Assembly (NCBI RefSeq): GCF_006345805.1
Contig: NC_043005.1
Span: 92,008,001 to 92,072,000 of the forward strand
Direction: 5' to 3'
Source of the DNA: Octopus sinensis
Taxonomy: Eukaryota
DNA length: 64,000 nt
Positions within the stretch are counted from its first letter, which is position 1; each line of letters starts with the position of its first letter. This document shows positions 26,458 through 39,199 of this stretch, one piece after another. The notes beneath the pieces are model-generated. The model was not told the DNA's origin. It did no database searches and worked only from the letters and a program-made list of their open reading frames with translations. The position numbers and the translations under genes are program-made.

Positions 26458-27818
26458 TTAAGTAGTTAAGTTAGCAGTTGTAACAACCATCCAAGGGATA
26501 CTGGTATGCAATGAATCAACTGGTATATTACCTATATGTGATTATGAGTATTAGTATTAATGCTCATAACGGCAAGAATACACTGGAGTTTATCTATATT
26601 TAAGGAAAACAGAAAATGGAGATAAATTTGATAATTGATAATTGAAATACATCAATTATCATTTACTGATTATAAAAAGAGAAAATCTCATCTGACAGTT
26701 GTTTCTGTTGGTGCTATTCCCAGGTTTATTATAACAACAACAACAACAACAAGTAAATAAATATACGTATCGTAACTTATAATTAACAAATAACAATATA
26801 GAAATCAATATTTTTTACAATAACAATGAAACAAAATTCAACAATATTATTTAAAAAGAAATTCACGACTTATCTAAGAAAATCTGTTAAATCTGTTTTA
26901 TCTAAGAAAATCTGAATTTAAAGCGTAAAAACGCAGGCCTTAGCGTTTATAAGAAAGTTAACTCATGAAGATGTTGCATAAATAAAAAAAAATAGAATAA
27001 ATATATAGAAGTATGTACTACCTAAATGAAAATGACGAAAGAGATTTATGCGTCTAGAATAAGAGAATAAAAACAAAACTATAAATTACTATTTACTGGA
27101 AGATTTAAAGTTCAAATAATTAATACTAAAATACGTAAAATATACATAATATAGTTAAATAAATTTATATTACTATAATTAATAGATATTCATTAATTTA
27201 TATATTCATTTATTTATTTTAGAAATATCCAAGTTTAAACGTATTCAAATAATCTAATAAACAACATATAATATCATGCTAATTTATACACTAATACTAC
27301 AATAAATTATATCTACAACAAATTAGTAACATAAAATAGAGTTTTATATATACGAGAAAATTAGCTAAACTTATTATATAAATAATGTAATTTATGTTTT
27401 TCATTTAATTTTTCGCTCATCAAGGCAATTAACCAATATTTTATTATTATTAAGTAATATTTCCTTAAATTCATTAGTACACAACAAACAAGATTTACTA
27501 CCTATACGATAAGATTTTGCCTTACAAATTATCTCCCAAGTTAATTTATATTTAATACATTTAGATTTAAGTTTCCAAATATATTTACTAAGGCCTGTAG
27601 AATTAATTAAATTTCTATTCTTAAAAGAATACATGTGTTGAGTCACCCTTAATTTAATTTTATTAGAAGTTGATCCTATGTAGATCACGTTTAAATTATA
27701 ATCATTCGTATTATTATCATCAATTAAAGTTACTATACATTTATATATTACATCATCCAAATTACATTTATTATTAAATTTACATGTAGTCTTATCTCTA
27801 CATGTACAATAAATTATC
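26420..27818 (-). mobile_element. AT-rich Penelope-like element 3' fragment with an open GIY-YIG endonuclease domain (27401-about 27810)
   Basis: CTCRDKTTCKFNNKCNLDDVIYKC...IYIGSTSNKIKLRVTQH...STGLSKYIWKLK..YKLTWEII..CLLC is a PLE-type GIY-YIG domain. It is cut off at its 5' side by the SINE at 27819. The left boundary is approximate. Confidence 0.8.
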
Positions 27819-28718
27819 AGCCTGGCCTGGCCTCCGTGCCAGTGACACGTAAAAAGCACCATCCGATCGTGGCCGTTTGCCAGTCTCGTCTGGCACCTGT
27901 GTCGGTGGCACGTAAAAAGCACCCACTACACTCATGGAGTGGTTGGCGTTAGGAAGGGCATCAAGCCGTAGAAACATTGCCAGATCAGACTGGGCCTGGT
28001 GCAGCCTTCTGGCTTCCCAGACCCCAGTTGAACCGTCCAACCCATGTTAGCATGGAAAGCGGACGCTAAACGATGATGATGAATTCATATCTTTCTTTCA
28101 TACTGTGGTCATAAAAGAAAGATATGAATTATAGTGGGCAGTATATTTTTATGACTGCGGATAGATATTGGGCATACGATGACGCTGATCGCATGCATAT
28201 TTTGAAATACTCGTGAAATTATACGAAATACTATGCTGAAGAGTAGCAGTAAGTAAAACGCGTCCACAGTTAATCAGCCTTTTGGATTCATTTTTCTTTT
28301 GCCTGCCTAAATAGAGTGTTATTCTCGAAGATTTTAAGGTAGTAAAAAGGATTTTAGCATCTATTTCTTATGATGCATGATGAGGCATAAAGCTGACCCC
28401 TTGTTATAATTATGTATATAATCATAAAATATTTTATATGTATATATATCTTCATGTGCCATATATACAGACATCAACAATCATGGACCTCTGTATCTTC
28501 CTATCCCACACTCAACTTTGCATGTATTCCATTTGTCTGTATTACATAAAGTCTGATGAATTTTCTTGATAAAGATACAGTTAATGGTTTCCTGATGCTT
28601 TCTACCAGTTTACTTTGTTATTCTTCCCTCCTCTTGAACTTTCCCTTGAGGTACAAGGTCTATTTAACCTTTAGGTATGGAAGTGATACATACATACATA
28701 CGTACATACATACGTACA

Positions 28719-28785
<67 letters not shown>

Positions 28786-31700
28786 TATATATATCAGGGT
28801 AAGTTCACACTCTAGTGAGCTTGCATGACACATGTCTAGGGCCCAGTTCTTCTCTGGAACCTGTATGCCTAAGTCATAGGACTTATCTTCTGCTATTTGA
28901 CCTATGAATGGGGTTTTTGATAGGTACTGCTACTCTGAGCCAGAGTAGACCTGGGAGCAGTGGTGACTAAAAGATAACTCTATATTCTTCATAGCTGTTT
29001 CATGGTTAGAGCCTTATCACTGAATGTAGTTTCAGGCCTTGCCCAGGACATTGCCTTTATGTGAGGTATATTTCTCAGCTTAGTATAGTCTATCAATCAG
29101 AAAATACTTATTATCTCTATTTCACTGTAAAAAGGAATTATCTCAGTCAAAAGTCCACATATATAATTTCTGAAATTGTTTGGATTTTGTTTATGATTGT
29201 TTCAGCAGATCAAGCAACTACATAGAATGTCTTACTGAAGAAAAACAAGTTTCTTAGCAAGACATTTAGACAGCATTTTTGATTATCGTTGCTGTTATCT
29301 AATTGATTTACTTTCTAAGCAAGAGAACACACAAGCTAACTCACTATTTGCTAGAAAGTGTAATATAAAAGAAATTATAAACCTTGATCTGTTTATTTTC
29401 AACATTTCTCACATCATTTATATTGTCTGAAATGATTAAAAACTCTGAGAAAGCATTAATCTTCTAAGTTAATTATTATGGTCAGTTCTTCCTTAGAAAT
29501 TAATCAAACAAACATTTAATTAAATAAAGTAATTAAACTAATTGTATACAAGTGTATCAATAACATTTGACTTAGTCTTCTATTATATTTCTGTAGCAAG
29601 TTATCAGTTTAAGAATATTCCTCTCCCTACAAATTGTTATATTCCCACCACTTAGTGGACAAATACAAGCAGCTGAAGTTGAGAGTGATATCAGAGATAA
29701 GTGTAGGGTGTAATCTGCATGAATTTTTCAACTACTTTTCTGCAGTAGTGCGAAATATAATAGCTGTGTTAGAATTTTAAGAGAAATGTCTAACACTTTT
29801 ATTGCGTAATTTCTTTATATTATGTCATAACTTTGTTAACTTAATTTACCGACAGACTCAATATTTTTATGGAAACCATCTGAGCAGCAACATGGTAATT
29901 TTCTCAAAAAAGAAAAAAAAGAAAGATATTGTTTCATAATTTTGTCTTCAGTGTTGTAGCTAGAGGTTAGGATTGTTAGTAGACGTTCTAACAAATTATA
30001 CTCTACGCCATGAAGAGCAGCAATCTTCTTAAATCATATTGTGAATAAATCAGGGATAGAAGAAATAGATCAGACATTTTTCTATCAATATTTCTTATTG
30101 TGTTATTTTATATTTAAATAGCTGTTAAGTGCTGACAGCTTTGTCTGACAAACTTGCTAATGTTAAATAGGATGGAACTCCTGATCAGTATTTGTAAATC
30201 ATTTATTCAAAAAATTATGTTTGTATCAATAATTTAGTCCAGTCCATTACATTCTGGGTTGAAATCCCACCAGAGCTAATTTTCTTTTCCATTGTAGCAT
30301 GGTCAATAAAATAAAATACTTGTCAGTTGCTGCCGTCAATTTAATTGACTACACGCCCCATTCAAAGTGTACGGCCATGTACTTATGTTAGAAATCAATC
30401 ATTACATCATTGTTTTTTAGTTAGGTGACTGCCAAATGGGAATGGTTTGGCCTTTTTCAATGTTCATTCTCTTTCCCCCTGGTGCCTATTGCATTCTCTT
30501 TCCTCTTGCCCATTTTTATGAGAATTCTCTTCTGATTTTCTTTCATCCGTTTTCTTTTTTTTTGACTCCTATTTCTGACTTCCCCTTGTCCATACCATTT
30601 TAGGTCAAACATAACAAAAAATCCTCGTGTTCATCTATTCAATCTTCCTCCTTCGATAAAATTCAATCATCAAAATACTAACATTTTCTATTTACTCATA
30701 AAGAAAACTCTTTAATCTGGGGGACCATCTAGAATATTATACTCTTCTATTTGTGACACTCATAATATTACTTCTGTCTAATGAGTCACAAAGAAAGATT
30801 TCAACTTAAATAACTGTCACTCAGGAAGACTTTATGCAGTTGTTTGTTATGTTTGAAATATATAGCAAAGTTTCTCTCAAATAAAACCTTGTAATGATTT
30901 CAAGTTTTGGCACAAAGCTAGCAACTTTAGTGGGAGAGGATAAGATGATTGCATGAATGTCAGTGGTTTGACTGCTACTTGTTTTATTATTTAAACTGGC
31001 CATATTCAGCCAAAATATTCTACATGTTATATGTTCGAACTGGCCAGATCTGGCTTCTCACACCAACCCTACAATATCATTCTAAAATTAAAAATTATCT
31101 CATCAAAATCTCAAAGCTAATTCAAAACAATAGGAATAAATAAGCACTACTTTTGAGAAAATAATGTGAATGCTAAAGAGCTAAATTTGACTGCTGTAGG
31201 ATTTGAACTCAGAATGTAAAGAACCAGAGGAAATGCTGCTAAGCTGTAATAATTCCACCAATAATAAAAAAGAGAAGACACACCCAATAATGTAGTTTTA
31301 AATACATTATAATCTGGAAAAGACTGGATGTTCATAACTGGAATGTCTTTGAATGTAGGTTTTCTCAATCTGAGTTGACTGGGGTTAAACAACAATCACC
31401 AACATACTTAACCTTATTTAACTACCTAAGCCTTTGAAATCAATGAAACAACCTCTGTACAAACACTATGTCTGTTGATTAACATAACAACCAAATCTTA
31501 CTTAAATCACATCCGACTCTCTAAAAAAACATGTGGACAAATACATTGAATAATGTAGCCTTCGATTCACCATGTGTCAAAACAAAGTCAGGATGGTTAT
31601 ACGGTTTCCCTTTCAGAGCTGACCAAGTACTCAACAACAATAACAAAAGCAAAGTCATACATAAAACATTTGGCACATTTTCTTCGTTCAAAGTAGACTT

Positions 31701-32399
31701 AAAAATTTGCCAGAAAACTTACTGTTTGACAATTTCTGTCAAATTATCGTTCTTGTGAAACTCATGATAATTGTTTATGAAGTCAATAATTCCCAAATTT
31801 CATATCAACAGAATGTTTCAATAACGACTCATTTGGGACATTTCTAAAATAGGTGAGTATGTGTGTGCTTGCATGTGTACACACACACACATATATATTT
31901 ACATAAATGTTTTTATATATATATATATGCATGCATATACATATACACACACACACACATGCGCACGCGCACACACACATATATACAGACACACATACAT
32001 ACACAAGGGATGAGAGAGCTTTAAATTACTAAAAGAATCATTCATGATTATGCTAGTTTGCTTCAAATTCTTCCCCTCCCTCTTTTTCCGAAAATGAAAC
32101 TATACTTTATTATTCCACTTAATTCTTTTTCTCTCTGAAAACGAAGCAGTATCGTCTTTTTATGCACGAACTATAAAAACTAATGCAATTTTCTACCATT
32201 TGTATTGATGCCATGAATGATATAAAAATTATTTGCCTGCAGGTATAGAATGTAGGGTGAAAATTATACAAAATTATACAAATATATATATATGGCAAAT
32301 AAGAAAATGGAGAGGATGCAAAACGACATACATCATCTTGTAGACATTCCAGTGTGTCTATTTATTCCAAAGAATTAGGACGTATTAGAAGAAAACATA

Positions 32400-33350
32400 C
32401 ACATGTAGTAACTATGTGTTACATACAGACGTATTAATATTACAGAAAAGAGCAAAAGATCAGTTCCTACGGCCGTTTCTACGAAGAGGTACGAAATCCT
32501 CCATGCCATCTCCATCTCTTCAGTGTTCTGTAGGGAGAGGCAGATAAAGTTTGGTTGATGAGTATGCCTCTAGGCTTCTTCATAGGGTCCAAGTGGTTAA
32601 GAGGGCTAATACATATAATAAACAGTTAACAATAGGTACAGTGTGTTTGTCATTATTGAAAAGGGCAGAAAAAGAATAAGAGCAAACATGAGGCTGTGAG
32701 AGAAGTACAACTTATTAAAATGAATTAGGTATAGGGAGGGGAAATAAGCTACAAACTTCCCGTGATGTAATCCAGGATCCATGTTACTTCGTCCAATGGT
32801 GGATAGGTGATTATCTTGGGAGGAGTTTTTAGGAAGGGCGAATTTAGGCAGTGGTTCGCATTATGCTTACATAGAAATACGGTGGTGAATTTGAAGGTAT
32901 GGTCTGTGTTACGGAGGTGAAAGTTCATATGGTAAAGTGCCAGCTAGTAGATGCAACGTTGCGGATGGTACGGCATAAGAAGCCTATGATGGTGAACCCA
33001 TCATGGGAAAATTTGGTATATAAGTGTACTAATGAGAGTAAAGAAGCAGGTGGTGACTAAGGTGCGGTGTTAGTGTTCGTTATTCTTTTGCTATCAACAA
33101 GTCTCTGAATCCCTTTGTGTAGTGGGGTGGGGGTCATGGTCCGTCCTACAACTTAATTGGTCAGCTATTTATTTGAAAACTATGACATGGTTCCGGTTCG
33201 CTGATGGTTAACAGATAAGACAAAAACAAATCAAATAAATATATAAACCATTGCCAGTATGGGCAAGTAAAAGAGCAAAATAGAATTTAATACAAGTAAA
33301 TAAGTGCGATAACTAAAACAATAGGACTAAGGGAAGAGGATCCTGAAGAA
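32400..33350 (-). mobile_element. Highly degenerate PLE-like 3' region with a decayed HHR (32461-32530)
   Basis: Minus strand reads CTGAAGA...GAAAC-GGCC-GTA, but stems I and II are poorly paired. The minus strand is C-rich like the Neptune sense strand. Protein motifs are not clearly recoverable. Confidence 0.45.
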
Positions 33351-33446
33351 CAGCATCAGAAAAGTAAAAGAATATAAACGTATAAAAATATAAAACATCT
33401 ATCGGGGGACTCTACTGTGTATGGTTAAACGTAATATATGTTTCTT

Positions 33447-33663
33447 TATTACCCACAAGGGGCTGAACATAGAGGGAACAAACAAGGACAGACAAACGAA
33501 TTAAGTCGATTACATCGACTCCAGTACGTAACTGGTACTTAATTTATCGACCCCGAAAGGATGAAAGGCAAAGTCGACCTCGGCGGAATTTGAACTCAGA
33601 ACGTAACTGCAGACGAAATACGGCTACGCATTTCGCCCGGCGTGCTAACGTTTCTGCCAGCTC
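33447..33663 (-). mobile_element. Main tRNA-derived SINE family; further copies at 52317-52720, 52734-52940, 53188-53360 and 60269-60352 (+), and 63125-63260 and 63575-63945 (-)
   Basis: Head ggcggcgagctggcagaatcgttagc (A-box-like) and gttctgagttcaaattcc (B-box-like), central cctttcatcctttcggggtcgataaa, many near-identical copies. Confidence 0.9.
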
Positions 33664-33777
33664 TAAGTGTAATATAGGGGATTCTAATATAGGGGATTCT
33701 AAGCTGGATAGGGGATTCATTGTTGTCGGAAGGCAGAAGAAGGATTTCGGGAATAGTGACAGAAGTGGACCGGACCG

Positions 33778-33823
<46 letters not shown>

Positions 33824-33904
33824 GAAGCTCTTGATTAACTGTATATATAAAGATGAATTCAAATTAGTAAAAATGTTTGTGTATAGAAAAAGAAGTAGCA
33901 TTTG

Positions 33905-34008
33905 GGCGTTGGGGAAGGGTATCTTTTTTTCTTCACAAATGTAAATAAACCCAATCTTTCTTAAAGGAGGGACATATTCATACAGCACGGAATGTTGTTT
34001 ACCTAAAT
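33905..34008 (+). mobile_element. Internal piece of the GGATC-TIR MITE; its continuation lies inverted at 37155-37386
   Basis: Matches 44200-44305 of the intact copy; shares an exact 38-bp inverted overlap with 37349-37386. Confidence 0.8.
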
Positions 34009-34163
34009 AGCGTAGGTAGAAATACTTATCGTAAGCTAGGTTAGTGAGCGTCTGGGAGAAGATTAGCCTACGGGAGGGTCTTGACTTCGCATATTAGACG
34101 CAGGGCGATTTTTTTAGCCAAATATTTCGGAAAAAAGTGCGTCCTATATGCCGTCAAATACGG
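34009..34163 (-). mobile_element. 5' terminus (TIR and subterminal region) of the pogo element, displaced and inverted
   Basis: Ends tatgccgtcaaatacgg|ta, identical in sequence and orientation to the pogo 3' TIR at 39181-39197. Confidence 0.85.
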
Positions 34164-34165
34164 TA

Positions 34166-34383
34166 ATTGTGTAGATGAGGTCAGAACAGTAGTACAGGAG
34201 TATTTTCCATCAAGGACGAATGAATTTTGGAAGAGAGGCCTTGTAAGTATATCAGATAGATGGAAGAGCATTGTAGAAAATAAAGGAGAGTATATTTCAG
34301 ATTAAAAAATAACATTGTTTATCTTAATTTTGAAAAATAAAAGAAGTATAAAAAAACCGCATCATTTATGGGATGACCCAATA
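34166..34383 (+). mobile_element. 3' half of an internally deleted mariner (5' half at 39200-39596, minus strand)
   Basis: NCVDEVRTVVQEYFPSRTNEFWKRGLVSISDRWKSIVENKGEYISD* followed by TIR ccgcatcatttatgggatgacccaata. Confidence 0.9.
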
Positions 34384-34503
34384 TATCTTGTTTTGCATCA
34401 TAACCAATGTATACGTACCGAACATACTTAGATATCATAGAAAAGAATATAAATTTTGAGCTTGAAGAAGAGGTTTCGAATTACAAATGGAGAAAGTATA
34501 GAC

Positions 34504-34809
34504 CAGGGGTCGAGGAACTTTTTTAACCAATTACCCCAAAATTTACGCCGACGTTACCCCCCTTGATTTGAAAGGAAGAAAATCATAGATTCTTTGAATT
34601 CAAAAGGTTTGTTGAATCTGTTTGGTGTGACGTCTCCTAAACACGTCCATTACATTGTACAGATAAGTGTTGCCAGAAGAACAATTTTCTGTCTTAACAA
34701 GGAACATGTTTTTTATATAATTTTACTTATGTCTAATGTGTCTTCATTATCCCCAAGAATTTCATTTTAACCCCACTTGGGGTAATTTACCCCAGTTCAC
34801 CAACCCTTG
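34504..34809. mobile_element. hAT-Charlie-type MITE
   Basis: Termini caggggtcgaggaact / agttcaccaacccttg; 8-bp TSD gtatagac / gtctagac, matching the NTCTAGAN preference of Charlie elements. Confidence 0.8.
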
Positions 34810-35264
34810 GTCTAGACATTAAGTCGTCATTATTGCTATGAACACAGGCAATGTTTTCATTGGAATCAACTCGAAAAGCAAGTTTGTTATGGGGCAAAAC
34901 TGAATCACTTCAACAATAGATTGTAAATAGTATCGATTCATTTTTTGTTGTTTTTTTTTTTCATTTAATTTTCATTCACCAATGGAGATACATTCTGATT
35001 AATTGCCTTTCTTTGGTCATGACTGAGAAAGAAAAAAAAAACAATGTAGAACTTTATGATTTTAGACACATTGCAAAGAATTCGTATGAAAATATATTAA
35101 AAACTTGATAAAAGGGATGGAATGGAACATATATTGTGAATACATGTCTAAAAGATTACCTATTCCCCATATATGCATATATATATATATATATATATAT
35201 ATACTATAAGGATATATATATGTGTATATATATATGTGTATATATACATATACATAGATATATC

Positions 35265-35320
<56 letters not shown>

Positions 35321-35381
35321 TATATGTATATATATATTATATGTATATATATATATATACTCTCTCTCTCTCTCTCTCTTT

Positions 35382-35768
35382 TACTCTTTTACTTGTTTCA
35401 GTCATTTGACTGCGGCCATGCTGGGGCACCGCCTTTAGTCGAGCAACTCGACCCCGGGACTTATTCTTTGTAAGCCCAGTACTTATTCTATCGGTCTCTT
35501 TTGCCGAACCGCTAAGTGACGGGGATGTACACACACCAGCATCGGTTGTCAAGCAATGCTAGGGGGACAAACACAGACACACACACATATATATATATAC
35601 ATATATACGACGGGCTTCTCTCAGTTTCCGTCTACCAAATCCACTCACAAGGCTTTGGTTGGCCCGAGGCTATAGTAGAAGACACTTGCCCAAGGTGCCA
35701 CGCAGTGGGACTGAACCCGGAACCATGCAGTTGGTAAACAATCTACTTACCACAGCCACTCCTGCGCC

Positions 35769-35770
<2 letters not shown>
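35382..35770 (-). mobile_element. Second tRNA-derived SINE family with an internal microsatellite; also at 43347-44017 and partially at 55352-55445
   Basis: Minus-strand head ggcgcaggagtggctgtggtaagt...ccgggttcagtcccactgcgtggcaccttgggcaagtgtctt; repeated copies. Confidence 0.85.
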
Positions 35771-35855
<85 letters not shown>

Positions 35856-35949
35856 GTGCAACCTGCCTTATGTTTGAGCCTAAAAGAGGTAAAATGATTG
35901 TTTAGACGTTTTTTGAACAACCGAAATAAAGAAAGCTATTGTTTGAAGT

Positions 35950-36021
<72 letters not shown>

Positions 36022-37386
36022 CACATATATATATATACATCTATATACACACATACACACGCACATAAGCACTTAAAATAAAGGCATGTATTTACTTTTT
36101 TATTCTATAATTTAAAGCTTTTGGCAGCTCCATCACCTCATTTAACGAAAAGCATTTTAAAAAATATTATTAAATATTATTAAATCAAAATGAACTCTTG
36201 TAACTTCCCACTTAATGGAAACTGTCCCGTCAATTCCTTACTATACTGTGTGAAGATGGAATTTAACAATGGTTCGCAACCAAAATCTTGATATCGGATA
36301 GACAAAAAAATTTGTTATAACATTTTATATACACAGGCATTTGTTGATCATACCAAACAGAAAACTCAATATTGGACTCTCAAAATATATCTAAAGATTA
36401 GAACAAAATAGTGTCGGTAACTTTAATCTAATACGATCTATCTTCGCTTTTGCAACAGCTTATAAATATAACAGTATAAAGAAGCTTTGCATGAAATAAA
36501 TTATTTTATTATAACTGCAGAGCAAGAACTTGAACTCAACAACACAACATACTGAGTACTTGTTTACATAAATAAAAAAGTTATTAATAAATTTCCAAAG
36601 GCAGGTCCATGCTAGAAATATTCCCTGTGAGAAATTTCTGACATTTTCGTTTTTCGTTTAACTATTTGTTTTCTGGTTAACTATTTCTACTGTGCCCTGT
36701 TTCAAGCTACTTTTGATCATCTTATGGTTTTATAAATGATAATTTAATTTCGAATGCATTCTGAAAATCAACGATATTTCCTCTTGACTTTATTTTCTCA
36801 CTTAAGCATACTGTCGCAGTATCCTTTTTTTCTTTATTACATTGTAGTGTTTCAGTGGGAATGATGTAAGATACTTTTAGTTAATAGGAGTGAATTGCAC
36901 TGTTATTTTTTATTTTCTGTTTTTTACTTTGTGGTGTTATGGGCTGTGATGAAGTTATGTGGTGTTGGTGGAGGGAATTGCAGATGAGGTAGACGGAAGT
37001 GAGGACTGCAGGGGCCTGTGACACAGGCAGAGGGCATGCGTGGGCAGGAAGCACGTGTGGTCAGTTCGAGCAGAGACGGCAGCGAGAAAAGACGGGTTTA
37101 TTTCGTGAGAGTGACCGCTCATTCTGCCGAGGTCAACAAGTAAGGCCTTTTGGGGGATCTTTTCCTTTTGAACGGCACTTTGTAACATAATTTCTAGTTA
37201 ACTAAACACTTTTAAACTTCGTATACTGGTAAAATGTGTTTATAAAGCATCATTTTTACTCGGCTTTATTGAGAAAATTCTATAGGTTGTAAGATATTTC
37301 GTCAGAAATTTCGAGCATTTCGGCAATTTTAACCAATCGCTGGAGTCCATTTAGGTAAACAACATTCCGTGCTGTATGAATATGTC

Positions 37387-39197
37387 TTAATGATATTTTC
37401 CGTACTCATGCATCATTATTTTATTGCTAGTATTATTATTATTATTATTACCAGTATTATTACTTTAAAATACGAATTATCGTAAAAATCAAAGCAATCT
37501 ACCGTAAATTGTTAGGCTGCGATCCATGACACACGTTTACTAATATCAGCTGGTCGGAACCCTAACTCGATGCTATCTGACGGTGAGGAGTAAAACTACG
37601 GAATGCACATGATAGTTGCGAGTTCGTGTATATACGGAGGTAGGTTGGATATCTTGGTACAACAAAGTTTATGATCATAACAAAACACACTACCACAGTA
37701 CAAACACCCTCACGGCTATGGCAGCAAAAAGATCAAGCTATAAAATCTCCTACAAACTACGAGTGCTAGATTATGCCAAGGAGCATGGAAATAGAGCAGC
37801 AGCAAGGGTTTTTGGGCCACCACCTACAGAAAATATGATACGTGTCTGGCGACAGCAAGAAGAGCAGCTGATGAAAGCACAGAAAGGTAAACATAACCTT
37901 CGTTGCCCAGCCCCACATTGGCCAGAACTTGAGGATGATATAAAAACGTGGGTGCTTGATGAGAGAAACTCAGGGAGAAGTGTATCTACCAAAATGATAA
38001 TTCATGAGGCCATGAGAGTAGCAGAACAACGAGGGATACAGAACTTTGCTGGTTGGTGTTACAGGTTTATGAAACGGAAGGGTTTATCAATGCGTACAAA
38101 AACATCCATTGCACAAAAAATGCCTGCTGATTATGAAGAAAAAATATTGGATTTTCATAGATTTGTTATAAATGCAAGAAAGAAAACCTGTTTTGAACTG
38201 GTCCAAATAGGGAATATGGACGAAGTTCCACTCACATTTGATGTACCATCCAACAGGACTGTGAGTGTCAAAGGGTCTAAAACGGTTTCGATAAAAACCA
38301 CTGGCCACGAAAAGACCCACAATACAGTAGCTCTGGCCTGTTGTGCTGATGGCATAAAACTGCCACCTCTTTTGATATTTAAGAGAAAAACTCAGCCTAA
38401 GGATAAAATTCCAAGAGGTGTACTAGTTCATGTTCACGAAAAAGGCTGGATGGACGAAAATGGAATGAAACTGTGGTTACAAAATATATGGTCAAGGCGT
38501 CCTGGTGGACTATTAAGAAAACATTCTCTTCTGGTTTGGGATCAGTTTAGAGCACATAGAACTGAAGCCATTAAAAAAAGGGTGGGAGAATCGAAAACGC
38601 AGTTAGCTGTCATTCCTGGTGGACTGACGAGTCAATTGCAGCCTTTATATGTGTCTGTGAATAAGTCATTTAAGCAGAACATGCGTGAACATTGGAACAA
38701 GTGGATGGCAGAGCCACATCATGCCCTCACACCCACAGGAAGAATGAAGCGGCCCACCATTGCTGAAGTGTGTGAGTGGGTGAAGAAATCTTGGGATGAT
38801 GTTAGGCCTGAAATCATTGTGAAGGATTTTAAGAAGTGTGGCATTAGCAATGCCCTTGATGGCACAGAAGATGATGCGTTATTTGAAGACAGTGATTTCA
38901 GCAGTAGTGATGAAGATGTTCCTTGTTTTGAAGATGATGAAGACTTTTCTGGTGTAGAAGATGATGAAGAGTTTTCTGGTTAAAAAGATGATTAAAGATG
39001 ATTACTATTGTAATTTGTATGCTTTCCTTTTGTATGCTTGCTTTTATACAGCAATGTTTTCTGCTTTTGTAATGTGCTGCTAGACTGCTTTCAACAATAT
39101 ATGCTTAAATACACTTAAAACTTTTTTCCTGAATTTGACCTGCTGAAATGAGGGTGCGTCTAATATGCCAGTGCGTCTAATATGCCGTCAAATACGG
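37387..39197 (+). mobile_element. pogo/Tigger-family DNA transposon, body and 3' TIR
   Basis: Contains the transposase ORF; 3' end gtgcgtctaatatgccgtcaaatacgg|ta. Confidence 0.92.
37718..38983 (+). CDS. pogo transposase (Brinker-like DBD, CENP-B-type HTH, DDE_1), 421 aa, open frame, third catalytic Asp replaced by Tyr
   Basis: First ATG at 37718 (MAAKRSSYKISYKLRVLDYAKEHGNRAAAR). Motifs GNMDEVP, LVWDQF and GGLTSQLQPLYVSVN, where the family consensus is QPLDV. Confidence 0.9.
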   Translation: MAAKRSSYKISYKLRVLDYAKEHGNRAAARVFGPPPTENMIRVWRQQEEQLMKAQKGKHNLRCPAPHWPELEDDIKTWVLDERNSGRSVSTKMIIHEAMRVAEQRGIQNFAGWCYRFMKRKGLSMRTKTSIAQKMPADYEEKILDFHRFVINARKKTCFELVQIGNMDEVPLTFDVPSNRTVSVKGSKTVSIKTTGHEKTHNTVALACCADGIKLPPLLIFKRKTQPKDKIPRGVLVHVHEKGWMDENGMKLWLQNIWSRRPGGLLRKHSLLVWDQFRAHRTEAIKKRVGESKTQLAVIPGGLTSQLQPLYVSVNKSFKQNMREHWNKWMAEPHHALTPTGRMKRPTIAEVCEWVKKSWDDVRPEIIVKDFKKCGISNALDGTEDDALFEDSDFSSSDEDVPCFEDDEDFSGVEDDEEFSG

Positions 39198-39199
39198 TA

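Noticed and set aside
26670-26725. Minus-strand GAAAC-AACT-GTC, a possible HHR for the AT-rich PLE
   Set aside because: The upstream core reads CTGGGAA, and stems I and II do not form.
29850-29920. Short exon-like segments on both strands (TQYFYGNHLSSNM on +, GFHKNIESV on -)
   Set aside because: Equally plausible on either strand; such short AG...GT-bounded frames arise by chance.
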